A DNA stretch of 64,000 nucleotides. It comes from Nemertoderma westbladi (lineage: Eukaryota; Animalia; Xenacoelomorpha). The notes beneath the pieces were generated by a model. The model saw nothing but the letters and a program-made list of their open reading frames with translations, was not told the DNA's origin and did no database searches. Made by a program: the position numbers and the translations under genes. This document shows positions 1 through 11,545 of the stretch, piece by piece. Each line of letters opens with the position of its first letter. The first letter of the stretch is position 1. The stretch is taken from the NCBI GenBank assembly GCA_032718475.1, contig JAUCBJ010008394.1, forward strand, positions 62,001 to 126,000, read 5' to 3'.

Positions 1-445
1 CCATAAACACCTTCGTCAGCTCTTTATGCGCTTTCAACATGTGCCATCCTGCGGCCCCTATACTCAGCCCTCGCCACTAAAACAAGAATTCTGGATTGGA
101 CCACCGAGATTCTGGCCATGTTCCAGAATGCCAAGGTGGTCCTTGCCAATGCGACAATGATTGCCCATACCAACGCCAATGCCTTCACCTCTCTCACTGT
201 GGATGCCTCTGGCACGGCAGTGGGCGCCATTCTAGAACAGCTTGTTGGTGATTCTTGGCAGCCTCTGGAGTTCTTAAGTCACCAACTATGACCCCAGAGG
301 TGAAGTACAGCAAGTTTGACCGCGAACTTCTCGCGCTGTACCTCGCAGTCTGTCACTTCCAGTATTTCCTGGAGGGCCGCATGTTCACTGCCTACACAGA
401 CCACAAGCTGCTTACATTTGCTTTCACCAAGATCAGCGACCCGTA
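1..445 (+). mobile_element. Ty3/Gypsy pol remnant (RT connection/RNase H), paralog of 20225-20685
   Basis: Translated pieces LTVDASGTAVGAILEQ and KYSKFDRELLALYLAVCHFQYFLEGRMFTAYTDHKLL are Gypsy RNase H motifs. Frameshifted. Ends at the same point, with the same downstream flank, as the copy at ~20685. Confidence 0.9.
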
Positions 446-1366
446 TTGCCACACCCTATACATTATTTTCACTGCAAATTTAGCTACTGAATTCATAGAA
501 TGTTTGTAATTACACATTGAAACATATGCATCTGTAACAAAATTTACACTCATTGCATATTATATAGTACTTACCTCCACCCACAATTCTTATAAGCTGG
601 TTTTTTCCTCTAAATTTTTCCAAAATATGAGCTGTTGTTAGTTAACTATTAATAATGTTCTAGAATAAATTTTTAATTCTAGAACTTTACAAAAAGGTTA
701 AAAAATCATATATCATAATATATCTAGCTATTTGTTGTATTTTTAAATTTTTGTAAGTTCAAGAACATTAATTTTATTCTGGAAGAAATTTATAAAAAGT
801 TACTAATCATTCGCAAATGTAGCGGGTTTTTGCTATTTATATAGTCTAGATTGTGTTCCCTATTCTTAAAAAATAATTTAGTAACAAGTTTTTCATATTC
901 TAGAATGCTTTTTAAACAATTTTGCCTCTTTTAACATGGCCTCAAAGAAAATTATTTGTTCTATAACCATTTTTATAATACCTACACTTGTTTTATAACA
1001 TTTCAAAGAAATCTTTAGAAATTAGCTAGTTTATAAAATTGGAGGGGTTTTGGTGGTGTTGGGTACCCAGTGACATAATGGAGAAGAAGTATAATTAAGA
1101 CATTAATGTTCTAGAATAAGCAATATTTAAACAAAATTCCTGCTTACCAATATGTCGTAATGCATAACTTTTGATGTACTAAATAGAACTAATATATAAA
1201 TAACGTCGTGAAAATAATGTTCCATTTTAAAATTAACTACTTATTACATGCTAAATAAATATCATGGAACATATTTTCACTATGCACTCGATTCTTTATT
1301 AACCTCGCTACGCTTGGTAAATAAAATATCTCGAGTATAGTGAAAATTATTTTCTACATTATATAC

Positions 1367-2575
1367 TTATTTTTTTTTTTTTTTTTTTTTTTTTAAGTTG
1401 AAGTAATATATATATAATCAAATAATTTTACAAACAATAATGTGAAATCTAACTTAATATAAAAAACTATTGAATTAATATTCAAACTACCTACTAAATA
1501 TAAAAAGCACAATGAGTATCGGGGGGGGGGGGGGGGGGAGTTAGGGACCATGGACCACCTCGTAGAGTCCCTCGTTATTGCTGAGTGAGGGGTCCACAGT
1601 CCCTATGATGGAGGCCGCATTGCCGACTAGGATGGCGATGGCCAGCCTCTGCAGGAGGAAGCGGTGAGATCGGGGCTCCTGGGTGACAGAGTGGAGTCTG
1701 GCCCCGATCTCCTTCAGGAACTCGGATGTTTCAGGGCCGGGGCGGCCCAAGGTCTCGTAGGCTACCGGGTGGAAGAGGTAGCCCCGGTCCATGAGTTCCT
1801 GATATTTGCGGATCTTTAGAGATTCCGCTTCCTCCGCAGTACAGCCTCCCGCGGATAGAGTCTGGGCGAGGTGGCTGGGTGCCAGAGGGTCCGCCACTGT
1901 CGCGTCCCACGTGAGGAACCGTCCGCGGCTCCACGGGACCAGGGTGACACCATCTACTCGCTTCCCATCCCCTCTACACAAGCCTAGAGGCTCGAGCGTA
2001 GCGGGTACGCCACAGCTGATGAGCGCCCGGCGAACAATGTCATTAACCAGTGAGTGGCGCGGAAGTCTGCCGAGGCTCCTAGAGCAGGATAGCCCATGAA
2101 GGCCATCCGACAGAACATCCTTGCCACACCGGGCACAGCTGTGGGGCTCGGTTAGCCTGCAACCAAGGTGAGTGCCGACCGAGATCCGGAACTGCGAGTC
2201 CATCAGCTTCAGTCCCAGAGAGCTGATGGGGATGGAGTCAAGCCAGCAGCCTGCGGCGGGGTGGTCCAGGGAGTTCAACCTCGCCACTCCGAATGGTGGG
2301 AGGGGCTCCCGCAGGGCTGTCAGCCTGGCCTCGTGGACAGGGGCCAGGTAGGCCCACTGCTTGGTGGCCGCTGACGGAAAAGCAGCAGGGGTGGTTGGTG
2401 TTGCGGACGGTGGCGGTGGCGTCGTGGGTGGTGGCGTCGTGGGTCTCACGGGCAGAGGTTGTTGATATAGGTCTGTAGGTAAATACTGAAATAGGCCTAG
2501 CACAGCAGTACACAGGTACACGTGCTGACCTGCAGTATCAGAACACTTGTTTTTATTAATTATTATTATTAATTA
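1367..2575 (-). mobile_element. Truncated non-LTR retrotransposon with restriction-like endonuclease (CRE-like), poly(A)-tailed
   Basis: T-run at ~1370-1394 is poly(A) on the minus strand. ATATAC occurs at both 1361-1366 and 2576-2581. The paralogous unit has the empty site (ATTATATACCTTGTAAT, ~22341-22357). Confidence 0.85.
1541..2521 (-). CDS. C-terminal CCHC zinc knuckle + REL (PD-(D/E)xK) endonuclease of the CRE-like element; RT core missing
   Basis: Motifs CARC...HGLSC, RH..VND, KRVDG, WDATV, AESLKIRKY and PVAYETLG. GC-rich relative to the host. The first ~45 aa look non-homologous. Confidence 0.8.
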   Translation of the reverse strand: MYLCTAVLGLFQYLPTDLYQQPLPVRPTTPPPTTPPPPSATPTTPAAFPSAATKQWAYLAPVHEARLTALREPLPPFGVARLNSLDHPAAGCWLDSIPISSLGLKLMDSQFRISVGTHLGCRLTEPHSCARCGKDVLSDGLHGLSCSRSLGRLPRHSLVNDIVRRALISCGVPATLEPLGLCRGDGKRVDGVTLVPWSRGRFLTWDATVADPLAPSHLAQTLSAGGCTAEEAESLKIRKYQELMDRGYLFHPVAYETLGRPGPETSEFLKEIGARLHSVTQEPRSHRFLLQRLAIAILVGNAASIIGTVDPSLSNNEGLYEVVHGP

Positions 2576-2584
2576 ATATACCTT

Positions 2585-2754
2585 GTAATAAATAATTAGA
2601 AATACCCTGGCTCAGATGTAAAACCAAGTAACTTTCGAAAGTCCAAATCTCAAGCTATTATTTTATGACGTAATAAATAATTAGAAATAGCCTGGCGCAG
2701 ATGTAAAACCAAGTAACTTTCGAATGTCCAAATCTCAAGCTATTATTTTATGAC
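2585..2754. repeat. 85-bp tandem duplication (2 copies)
   Basis: GTAATAAATAATTAGAAATA...TTTTATGAC at 2585-2669 and 2670-2754. Single copy in the paralogous unit (~22353-22437). Confidence 0.9.
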
Positions 2755-3388
2755 GAAATTCAGATTTTTTTTACATATTTGGAATCCTTGCATGCGCCAG
2801 CTTTCTAACAGTAGAAACAATTCACAAAAGTGTGATGAATAACTGGTGTAACTGGTGCAATATCGACTGAGGCAACTTTTTCAAAAGCTTGTAGCTAAAG
2901 GCTACTAGGACTGCATTAAGCATATTGTATTTTTAGATACTTTTTGGTTGGTCTTTATTATTTCGAGTTTATTTAGATATTTTTACAAATTTTTATCAGT
3001 TAAAACATTTCACCCAAAGGACATACAAAAAGGCTCCTCTGCACCTCCATGGACTGCACACCTTCTACCCGGTTTCTCTATTCTCTCTTTCTCAAAATGT
3101 TCCTACCTACATTTCAATAACCACAGCCTTTTCTTTATTAACATTGTCAGACTAGTTAATTCAGAGACCTGCCTACCAGACCTTGTCCATTGACCTATAA
3201 ATTGTACTTGTCATAAAGAAACCCTAGCAATAGTTTTCCCCCATAGGTGCTTACCAGTGTATCAGAGCGTTCCTAGAAATATTTCATTTGATGAGAATGT
3301 TACATCTAAAAGCCAAGATCTACCATTGGTAATGATTCTCCTAGCCAACACGAAATCTTAAAACCAATACAGCAATTAAAGAGAAAAT

Positions 3389-3535
3389 GCCGGTGATGGG
3401 ACTGGGATCTTGGGTGGATAACTAATACGGTTAATTGTAACTCTAAAACATTATTTAACAGTTAACAGTACCTAATAACTATGTATCTAAGTAAATACTT
3501 CATTGCATTGTGTTAATTTCGTTATTTATACTATT
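3389..3535. mobile_element. 147-bp insertion (probable retroelement 3' stub) with 14-bp TSD inside the 3' end of MFS copy 1
   Basis: ATTAAAGAGAAAAT at 3375-3388 and 3536-3549. The displaced ancestral C-terminus (AVLVLRFRVG*) is visible at 3341-3388. Confidence 0.85.
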
Positions 3536-4809
3536 ATTAAAGAGAAAATAAAAGGCAACCCCAATAGACTGAGAAGCGAACAAGCTGTTTGCATTCCAAA
3601 GTGGTCATTGAGAAATCCACCAAAAACGGGACCTATGATATTTCCAATAGACAATGACATTCGCAACATTTGTTGGAGAAGAGATCTGGTATCAACATTG
3701 TCTGGGTAACCACAAACATTCACAGCCAGTTGTGTTTGCGTTTCCAGTGCAGGGCTCAAGTATAAACCTGTACCAAATCCAAGGAGAGCGCATCCAGTAA
3801 CAGAGATGGGGAGATAATGAGGTAAACCGAGAAGTTCTGTAGGCCCTATTAGTTGCATTGCTAATGCTTCTACCATTACTCCTAATACAGTTGGTACGAT
3901 AGTCTTCATTTTTTTCATTATTAAACTCATTATTACACCTATAAACAATTTTAAACTAGGAAGTATGATATATATCCGACCAATATTGTATTGGTTCACA
4001 TTGTAAGTGTGATGAATGTAGGCAGCATAGTTCGCAATAGTAAATGATGTCAACATTACCCAATACATGTGCAAAATAAACATAAGAGTTACTGCTGGAT
4101 TCTTCAGAACCCCAAGATAGGTTGGTCTAACTTCATTAGATTCACATCTGTCTTGAATATAAGCTGGTGACTCTATCCAACAGCAAAGGAGTATAATGAG
4201 AAACATCAAACCCGATATTATAAATGGGAATTCAAAACCCAAAGCAGCAAAAACTGTTGAACCAAATACTGGTGCTACCATGTATCCAAGGCTGCTAGAA
4301 ACTACAGATACACTGGCTAATAATGTTCTTTGTGTGGGCCACACTTCCATCAATATACTGAATGAATATATATAACTGATGTTGAGTCCAACAGCTTCGA
4401 TGATGCGAAGTGAAAAACAAACAAATATATATAATCCGTTGCTATGATTAGGAATATATTCTACAAACCCAAATGCTAACTGGGAAACAGCTCCAATGAT
4501 GCCAAATAGACCCAAAGAGATATGTGTTCCCCAATTGTTGATAGAATGAGGGAAAGTAATAAATATTATAAGTCTTGACATTGAAAACGTTGAAAGTAAT
4601 GCACCAATCAGAGTCTTTGACCAACCTCGTTCTTCAACAACAATTGGGAAGAAGGTCTCCAATAGATTATGACACCAACCTGGTATCATTTGATACATTA
4701 GCAACATGGCCACTAACATATAAAGTCTCACGCCCTTTTGGTGACCATTATTATATGGATGACTTATATTAATTGAACTTGAGTTTTTGTGATCATCTTC
4801 ATCTGACAT
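3526..4809 (-). CDS. SLC18B1-like MFS transporter, copy 1 (intronless; last 10 residues replaced by IV* due to the insertion)
   Basis: About 12 hydrophobic segments. Motifs FGFVEYIP, LRIIEAVG, APVFG..F..LGFEFPF, IGPTELLGLP and GPVFGGFLNDHFG resemble SLC18B1. Start chosen at MSDE by homology with the other copies (ORF track extends to 4881). Confidence 0.85.
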   Translation of the reverse strand: MSDEDDHKNSSSINISHPYNNGHQKGVRLYMLVAMLLMYQMIPGWCHNLLETFFPIVVEERGWSKTLIGALLSTFSMSRLIIFITFPHSINNWGTHISLGLFGIIGAVSQLAFGFVEYIPNHSNGLYIFVCFSLRIIEAVGLNISYIYSFSILMEVWPTQRTLLASVSVVSSSLGYMVAPVFGSTVFAALGFEFPFIISGLMFLIILLCCWIESPAYIQDRCESNEVRPTYLGVLKNPAVTLMFILHMYWVMLTSFTIANYAAYIHHTYNVNQYNIGRIYIILPSLKLFIGVIMSLIMKKMKTIVPTVLGVMVEALAMQLIGPTELLGLPHYLPISVTGCALLGFGTGLYLSPALETQTQLAVNVCGYPDNVDTRSLLQQMLRMSLSIGNIIGPVFGGFLNDHFGMQTACSLLSLLGLPFIFSLIIV

Positions 4810-5111
4810 CATCCTCGGCGTGTGTGTATATATACCTATAGTATCTATAAAGTGGTGGATCAAGAGTCTTTGCAGTTCCAATGATATCTACAACCTGGAA
4901 TGTGAAGAAGCTGTGGAGGTTGCATTATAATGCGTAGATGTTGTTGGAAATGTGGAAATATATTTCAAACATCCAAGGAATATTTACTACATGTAAAAGA
5001 TTTATTGAATTTTCTTTATTTCCTTATTATTATTATTTGCTTATTCTTATTTATTTCCTTAATTATTTCCTTTATTTTATTTTCTTTAAAATTTTCCATT
5101 AGTCTCGAGTA

Positions 5112-5772
5112 TTATAGAACTACATTTTTAAAACTTATATCAATGTTACCTTGGCAACATTTAGGAGTTCTAGAACGATAGAAAAGTATTATATACTATT
5201 CTAGAACATAAATAAAATAAAAAATATAATGTTCTAGAATATATAGCTAGTTATTTTTTAATTTTAAAATAGTTTGTAAATTTAGAAAAATATTCAATTT
5301 GGTAGCTAAATTTATTAATAAATAAATAATATAAATAATTGAATTTTTTAAATATTACTAGCTATTTAAATTTGAAACATAACTAGCTATTTGTTCTATA
5401 ACAATATATTTTTTATTTTATTTATGTTCTAGAATAGTGTATATTATATATTATTACATAAATAAAATAAAAAATATAATGTTAAAGAATATATAGCTAG
5501 TTTTTTAAATTTAAAATAGCCAGTAAATTTAAAAAAATATTCAATATTTGTTAAGTACATTTGTTAATAAATACCGGTAAATAATATAAATAAATTTATT
5601 TTATTACTAGCTATTTTAAATTTGAAAAATGACTAGCTATATGTTTTAGAACATTACATTTGTTATATTATTTATGTTCTAGAACAGAGTATCATAATAA
5701 TATTTTGTACTAGAACTCTGCAATGTCACCATGGTAACAATGATTTATATTATAAAAATGTAGTGCTATACG
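5112..5772. mobile_element. AT-rich foldback/MITE-like element rich in TTCTAGAA and TAGCTA; partial paralog at ~24822-25220
   Basis: Left arm TATAGAACTACATTTTT...TGTTACCTTGGCAACATT...GAGTTCTAG is the degenerate reverse complement of 5710-5772. Internal inverted sub-repeats. Confidence 0.65.
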
Positions 5773-8070
5773 GAACTGTTACCCAAATTATAGACATATA
5801 TCTTAGTGCAAAGTGTCAGATCCAAAGCTAGTTTCTTCAGTGATTATGAATAGATTTGTATAATTTACAATTTATATGGATATATCATCAATATAAATTG
5901 TATTGAATTCTAGAACACCTGTTACTATTCAATTGGGGGTTTGTTTAGAATTGTGTAACATTTTGTGTGATTATATGGTGGATCTAAATAAAAAAAGTAA
6001 TAGTAATTATTCCACATATTAAGATTACTTAATGCCATTTTGTTAGGATACACTCATTGAATACTAAATATACACAGAAGGACAAATGTATCATACCCCT
6101 GGAGGTAATCTTTTTAATTTATAAAATGATGGGATATCTAATTATTAAGATTAAGATTAAGATATTGGGATTAATAATGGGATATCGTACATGTTAGATT
6201 AAAATAAATTTGGCTAAATATTCAGTTCGGGTGAATGTAAAAAGTGTGCATTATTACTTAATTAATTTGGTGCTCAAAATAAAGTGGTAGATCTTTCAAG
6301 GTAAAGGAGGTACAGTACATGGACAGATTAAACACGTTTGTGGGGCCATCGCGCAGGACGAGGCTCAGTTATCAGATACAGATTAAAATTGAGCAATTCT
6401 ATCCCAAAATCGGTACGTAAGAAATTTAAATAAATAAATAAGAAATTTAACCAAACTGCCTATAAGAATAAATCAAAGAAGAGAGGAAAGTTCCCCCCTT
6501 GCTTCAACCGCCCTCTTAATCTGCACCACCCCAACCGCAAAGGAGCACAAAGGATTAATGAAAGGCAGATGTATTAACAGGAAATTGGTGTTTTAAAAGA
6601 AATATATTTTTATGCGTGGAGGCAACTCAATTTGTAAAAATTATTAGAACTTACCTTTATGCCGATAGTATTGATACTGAAATATTAATTTATCATGTCA
6701 ATGCCTTAACGAAATCATTTAGCTAATATCTAAAGAATCACCATTAAATTCAGCCAATCATTGTGCAAGTTAGAGCAAGCTTAGTGGAAGGATGATTGGA
6801 ATGTTTCCCATCTAATAGGCAATATCAAGAATGCCAAGGAATGATGAGACTGGAAGTATAGAGTGATGGAATGCATTTTAACTTAATTACGTTTAGATCC
6901 ATTAAAAACACATTTCTTAAAGCAAATCTCTTGAACTAATTAAAAACTATAATGGAATGGTGTATGGGGATTACAGTTGTATAACATTTAAGTATAATTA
7001 TTTAAGTCTTATACTAGAAAATAATTAATATCCTTTAAGGAGGCAGGTTGAAATTGCTGTTTTTACCATAATCAACTTAATTAACTGCTATTATCTTAGC
7101 TTCTCGAAGGCCACGCTGAAATTCAACTTGGAAAATTTCTAAACTTTGGCCAGACTACATGTGTACCAAGTTTGGTTAAATTTCATTAACATTTGGCTGA
7201 GTTAGTAACGTTTAAAATTGGACACAACAGAACAACAGATCAACAGAACAATAGACACACTGATTGAGTTACTGTAGTGGTTGGTACCTGTATGCTAAAC
7301 TCGCTTACTTACGTCGCTCGCCTCACAGGGTGGAAATGTGTTAAGAGTTGCTGAGACCAATGAAATAGTAGTGGTCCGTTGTACTTGCAGGATGTTAGGT
7401 ACTTGTGGTACTGTATATCAAAATGCTCACCAGATGAGACTAAACCAGTTAAATGCTGTGACCATAATTGCTCTGTAACCTGCTGGGCCACCTGGTTTGT
7501 AGCCCAATTTATTCTTAATAATATCCAAGAAGTGCGACTTATCATTCTCACATTTCTTAATTAGATTATATTTTTTCAATTAGATTATATTCTTTTTTGT
7601 CAGCAAAAAAGCTTTCTATCTAGAATTAGTTGCTTAAACGATCTTTGGCAGTCAGAATATACCGATTGAATTACCAAATGAGTTGCTTTGTAATATTAAC
7701 AAAAAGAGTCATATTGACAAACACCATGCCAATAACACTCTGGCCATTCCACCACACAGATATGTTGTGATATCAGGGACAGAAAGGCAATATAGTTCAG
7801 CCCCTATTAAATGGTCACTTAATAGGTCACAACATTGACTATCACCACCCAGCCTACAGTTGAAATCTCTCGATAATCAGTGGGTTATTGTTGTCTTGCT
7901 GTACATTTTTCCAATGAGTGGTGTTAGGTGAAGTCATATATCACTGACATCACTATTTGGGTTGTGAAAAAGTAATGTTGATGTTTTGAGTGTTTAACAT
8001 TAAGTTCACAGTAGCTGCTATGCTAATTCCCTGGAAGTGCGTCCATGGGAACATTGAGCACTCAGGCAAT

Positions 8071-9927
8071 GGGGTAGACGACTCGGACATTTTTTTTCGA
8101 GTTTTCGTTGGTTTCATGTGAAAGAGCATGTGAAAAAACCCCAGAGAGTAATTTTACTTAAAAAAAATTAATATTGGCCGAGTTATAGCAATTTTAAAAC
8201 GCAAAATTAGCAGCATCGAAAAATCAGGCCGTTTCAGAAAACTGCACTAGTGACGTCACTAGTGCAGCAGTAAATGTTCATTGGTTACTATACAATATAA
8301 ATCTCTTAGTAACTAAAATAAATAGTTTAGCTAATATTTATTTGGTGCGTTTTTGTGTTGTGTTAAGAATACATTATTTGATATCTTAATGTGGAAATTG
8401 ATTCATGACAAGTTAATTATTCCAGAATAATAATTATTTTTTTCCAAACTATACAGTTGTTAGCTATAAAAATAAAACATATTTTGTAGCTAAAACTGCC
8501 AGGTGGTAGAAATCCAGTAGCTTATTGATGTTTTATTCAGCTTCAAAACTTAGATTACGGATTCGGATACGGATTGTGGATTCGCACTTTTTCGATTGTA
8601 ATTATTTTTATACAAGTTAAATTATTGAATTCCAAAAAGCATTGATAGTTAGTCCATGTAGCTGTAATGGATGACGTAGTATCTTCAGCTGCCATCTCAA
8701 TACAATCAGCATTAATCAGAATTTAGTTGAACTATAACTACTGTATAATTTACATTTTTTAATTATCTATTTTTTCACAATTTTGGGAAATATATACTCC
8801 CAGAAACTACTACTACTTTTCAGTAAACTTTGCATGTATATGGAATCATATGATACTTCAACTATTTTCACTTCGCCATTTATTTCAAAAGATGGATCTG
8901 CGATGCTAAACAAGGCCAATTGTTTATTGCAAAGAAGCATTTGAAGTTGGATTTGTGACATGAATTTAGCACTTACGATATTCGATTGTGAAAGATAAGA
9001 TTTTTGAATGGCATGTTTTGATGTTGGACATTTTACTTCTACCACATGCGTTGGTGTAATGGCATCTGAAATGGCATCAAAAAATAAGATTTTGTGGTAT
9101 TTTATAAAAACACTAGCTACAATATTAAAACTGTACATACCATTGAAAACACTAGCTATGACAAACATTTGTTTTTATTTTCTTTAAAACATTTTTTTTT
9201 CACATGTAACTAGCCAAAATATGTCAAGAATATAAACCTATTGTCCAAAACATTATGTTTTGGTATTTTTTGGTATTTTGATATTTTTGGATATCAAACC
9301 AAAAACAGCTATTATGAAAGGCAGAATAATGGTGACACGTGCAACACTAGTACCAGTAACACTTTACAGTGAACTGACAAAAAATCTAAATAATTTCCAT
9401 CTAGTGCTAATCTACCCATCCCGCATTGTTCGCTGTAAAAACAATTAAAAAATAGAATAATGAAACGCCTGGCAGTATTTAGCTAGCTATATTTATTTTT
9501 AGCTACATACAGCTCTACGGTACAGGTATGGGCGAAATAAATATTATTCTAGAATAATTAACTTGATATGAATAATTTGCCTCCATACCGCTATCCTATA
9601 ATCGCTTCTTAACACAACACAAATACACATCCAAATAAATACATAGCTACATTTATTATTTGTTTTATTTTAGATACTGCAATATTATACTTTATATTAG
9701 CCAATCAACTGCGCTTGACAACTGTTGCTGTGTTATGGCTGACGTCACTCGTGCAGATTTCTGAAACGGCCTGATTTTTCGATGTTGCTAATTTTGCGTT
9801 TTAAAATCGCTATAACTCGGCAAATATTAATTTTTTTGAAGTAAAATTGCTCTCTGGGGTTTTTTCACATGCTCTTTCACATGAAACCAACGAAAACTCG
9901 AAAAAAAATTTCCGAGTCGTCTACCCC
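8071..9927. mobile_element. ISL2EU-like (PIF/Harbinger-related) DNA transposon, internally deleted
   Basis: ~190-bp near-perfect TIRs starting GGGGTAGACGACTCGGA, with degenerate inverted symmetry further in. AT dinucleotide on both flanks (8069-8070, 9928-9929). Internal YqaJ-type exonuclease remnant. Confidence 0.8.
8767..9090 (-). pseudogene. YqaJ/lambda-exonuclease-like domain, C-terminal fragment
   Basis: SDAI...VVEVKCP...FMSQIQLQM...FW matches the SPDG/ExKCP/YxQxQxQM pattern. Confidence 0.75.
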
Positions 9928-10744
9928 ATTAAACCCTGTGATAACTGTATCCTCGACTATGGTTTCTGCGAGGAGCAAGATATCTGTGTCGAGAAACATG
10001 CTGCCCGGTATTGTTTCCATGGTTGATTTAATGCCTTCTAAATTCCATAGTATAGCATTGATTAGATTATTATCATTTACACTAGCAGTAGTGTCGCTGT
10101 TGCATTCACTAAATTTGTTTGTTAGCTGGCATGTCTCGAATGATATAAAGCATCTACACCAGTTTTATCGTTTACAGACGTTTTATTCAGCTGGTATGGT
10201 ACCTATAGACTTTGTTACAACCAGGCAATTTTGAGTCACTCTGACTGAGAGGTGGGGAGGGGGGGGACTGAGAGGTCTCCCCAGTCACTCCAAGGGTGAG
10301 GGGAACTGGGGGGGTCCCAGATGCTCCTCTAACGGAAACTGGGGAGGCTAAATAAGAACTTGGAGCCTCTAGAATGCTATATCTAAAGAATTTGGATGGG
10401 CAATGAAGAATGATGGTGGAATGAGTGAGTCTAGAAGTCCCTTGACCCTGTGTGTGGAAGGGCTTATTGATCCAGGTGGATTGGGTTGGGTTCCAAAATT
10501 CATTCCATGTTGGACTGATGGTAATACCAAATCTGCCCAAAAAGCTCTGGATCTCTGAAAATCTCATGGTTCCCTTGATCTTAGACTATATGGAAGCTGG
10601 TTGGCTGGATTGGCGAGAGTGAGGGTTAGACATGGGTGGCATTTTTGAACAGCACGAGTCTGAAATGGCTAGATGTCCGAATTATCACCTAATGGTGGGT
10701 TTATTTGGGCCAATCGGGATGAGTGAATGTTTAAAGAAATGAAA

Positions 10745-11453
10745 ATATTGCAACAACAACAACAACAAAATAGAAAACAAAACTTTGGACAATTGTAAAT
10801 GTTATGCCAAAAAATCTCTTACTTCTACCAAATTATATGTATATTGCAAAGTATCAATCAATGTAAGGAATGCATATTCATATGGCATCTCATATTTATA
10901 AAACATTTTTTGCAATATGGTGTATCTTACATAATTGCATAAGTAATGAGATAATAAAGTATGTAGTTCCAACATAGGAAGCTTTTGGTAGAACTGGAAC
11001 AGGAATAACCATATGCCGTGAATAATTTGAACAAACAAATAATATTTGTATACATAATATATCTCTTTAAAGACTCCGACTCACTGAAAATAATACGAAC
11101 TAATAACTATTATGTTACTAATAACTATTATGTTATAGTTCACTATGAAAAACTTCAATAGGGTTGGTACGAGAAAATATTGTTGGGTTAGAAACAATTG
11201 AATAAGGGGTAAACAAGGGTGCCAGGGTGTGTTCTTTTATGGAGAGTGATAATATTATCGATCCATTCAAATCCACATTAAATCTTAATTATTTCGGACA
11301 TGATTTATATCAATAGAAAGCGGAAAATCATGTGCGTCTTTTGACACATAAATTAATTAAATTATCTTCAAGAATTTAATTAATTTATGTGTCAAAAGAC
11401 GCCCATAAAAAAGCTGATTGAAATTCTACATATTGGCTACACAAGTATATTAT
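10745..11453. repeat. Shared upstream block of the duplication unit (continues at 14589-14895 after the Penelope insertion)
   Basis: Aligns by eye to 26335-27315 and 58161-58880. More diverged matches at 37810-38005 and (inverted) ~63435-63480. Confidence 0.85.
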
Positions 11454-11509
11454 TAAAATTAAATAAAGTGATGGAGCTGACCTTTCGGTTACGTGAAAAA
11501 TTGATAGGT

Positions 11510-11545
11510 AAGGTATATTTCGGCCACAGGCCTTTATTCAACCTT
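11510..11545 (-). ncRNA. Candidate minimal (variant-core) hammerhead ribozyme in the Penelope 3' region
   Basis: Minus strand reads AAGG-TTGAATAAA-GGCC-TGT-GGCC-GAAA-TATA-CCTT: closing stem, degenerate CUGANGA-like box, stem II, GAAA and a palindromic stem III region. Confidence 0.5.

Larger units (their letters stand above)
7380..10680 (-). mobile_element. Highly decayed APE-type LINE 5' portion (possible ORF1 remnant + AP endonuclease), split by the ISL2EU-like element
   Basis: Minus-strand reading AILWNLEG...DILLLAET..TGF (~9930-10060) resumes across the DNA transposon with PLII..DFNCRLG and TTY...SVI.MVFVN (~7720-7890). Outer boundaries are approximate. Confidence 0.55.

Noticed and set aside
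4812-4881. N-terminal extension of copy 1 given in the ORF track
   Set aside because: Starts at a non-ATG codon and is not conserved in frame in copy 2; all paralogs start at MSDE.
5100-5770. Dense TTCTAGAA motifs as heat-shock elements upstream of copies 1 and 2
   Set aside because: Only two-unit nTTCnnGAAn cores seen. The motif is equally common in AT-rich repeats downstream of the genes.
6320-6420. 100-bp sequence repeated in inverted orientation at 25410-25510 upstream of copies 1 and 2
   Set aside because: Most simply a dispersed repeat fragment; no evidence for a regulatory role or a defined inversion.
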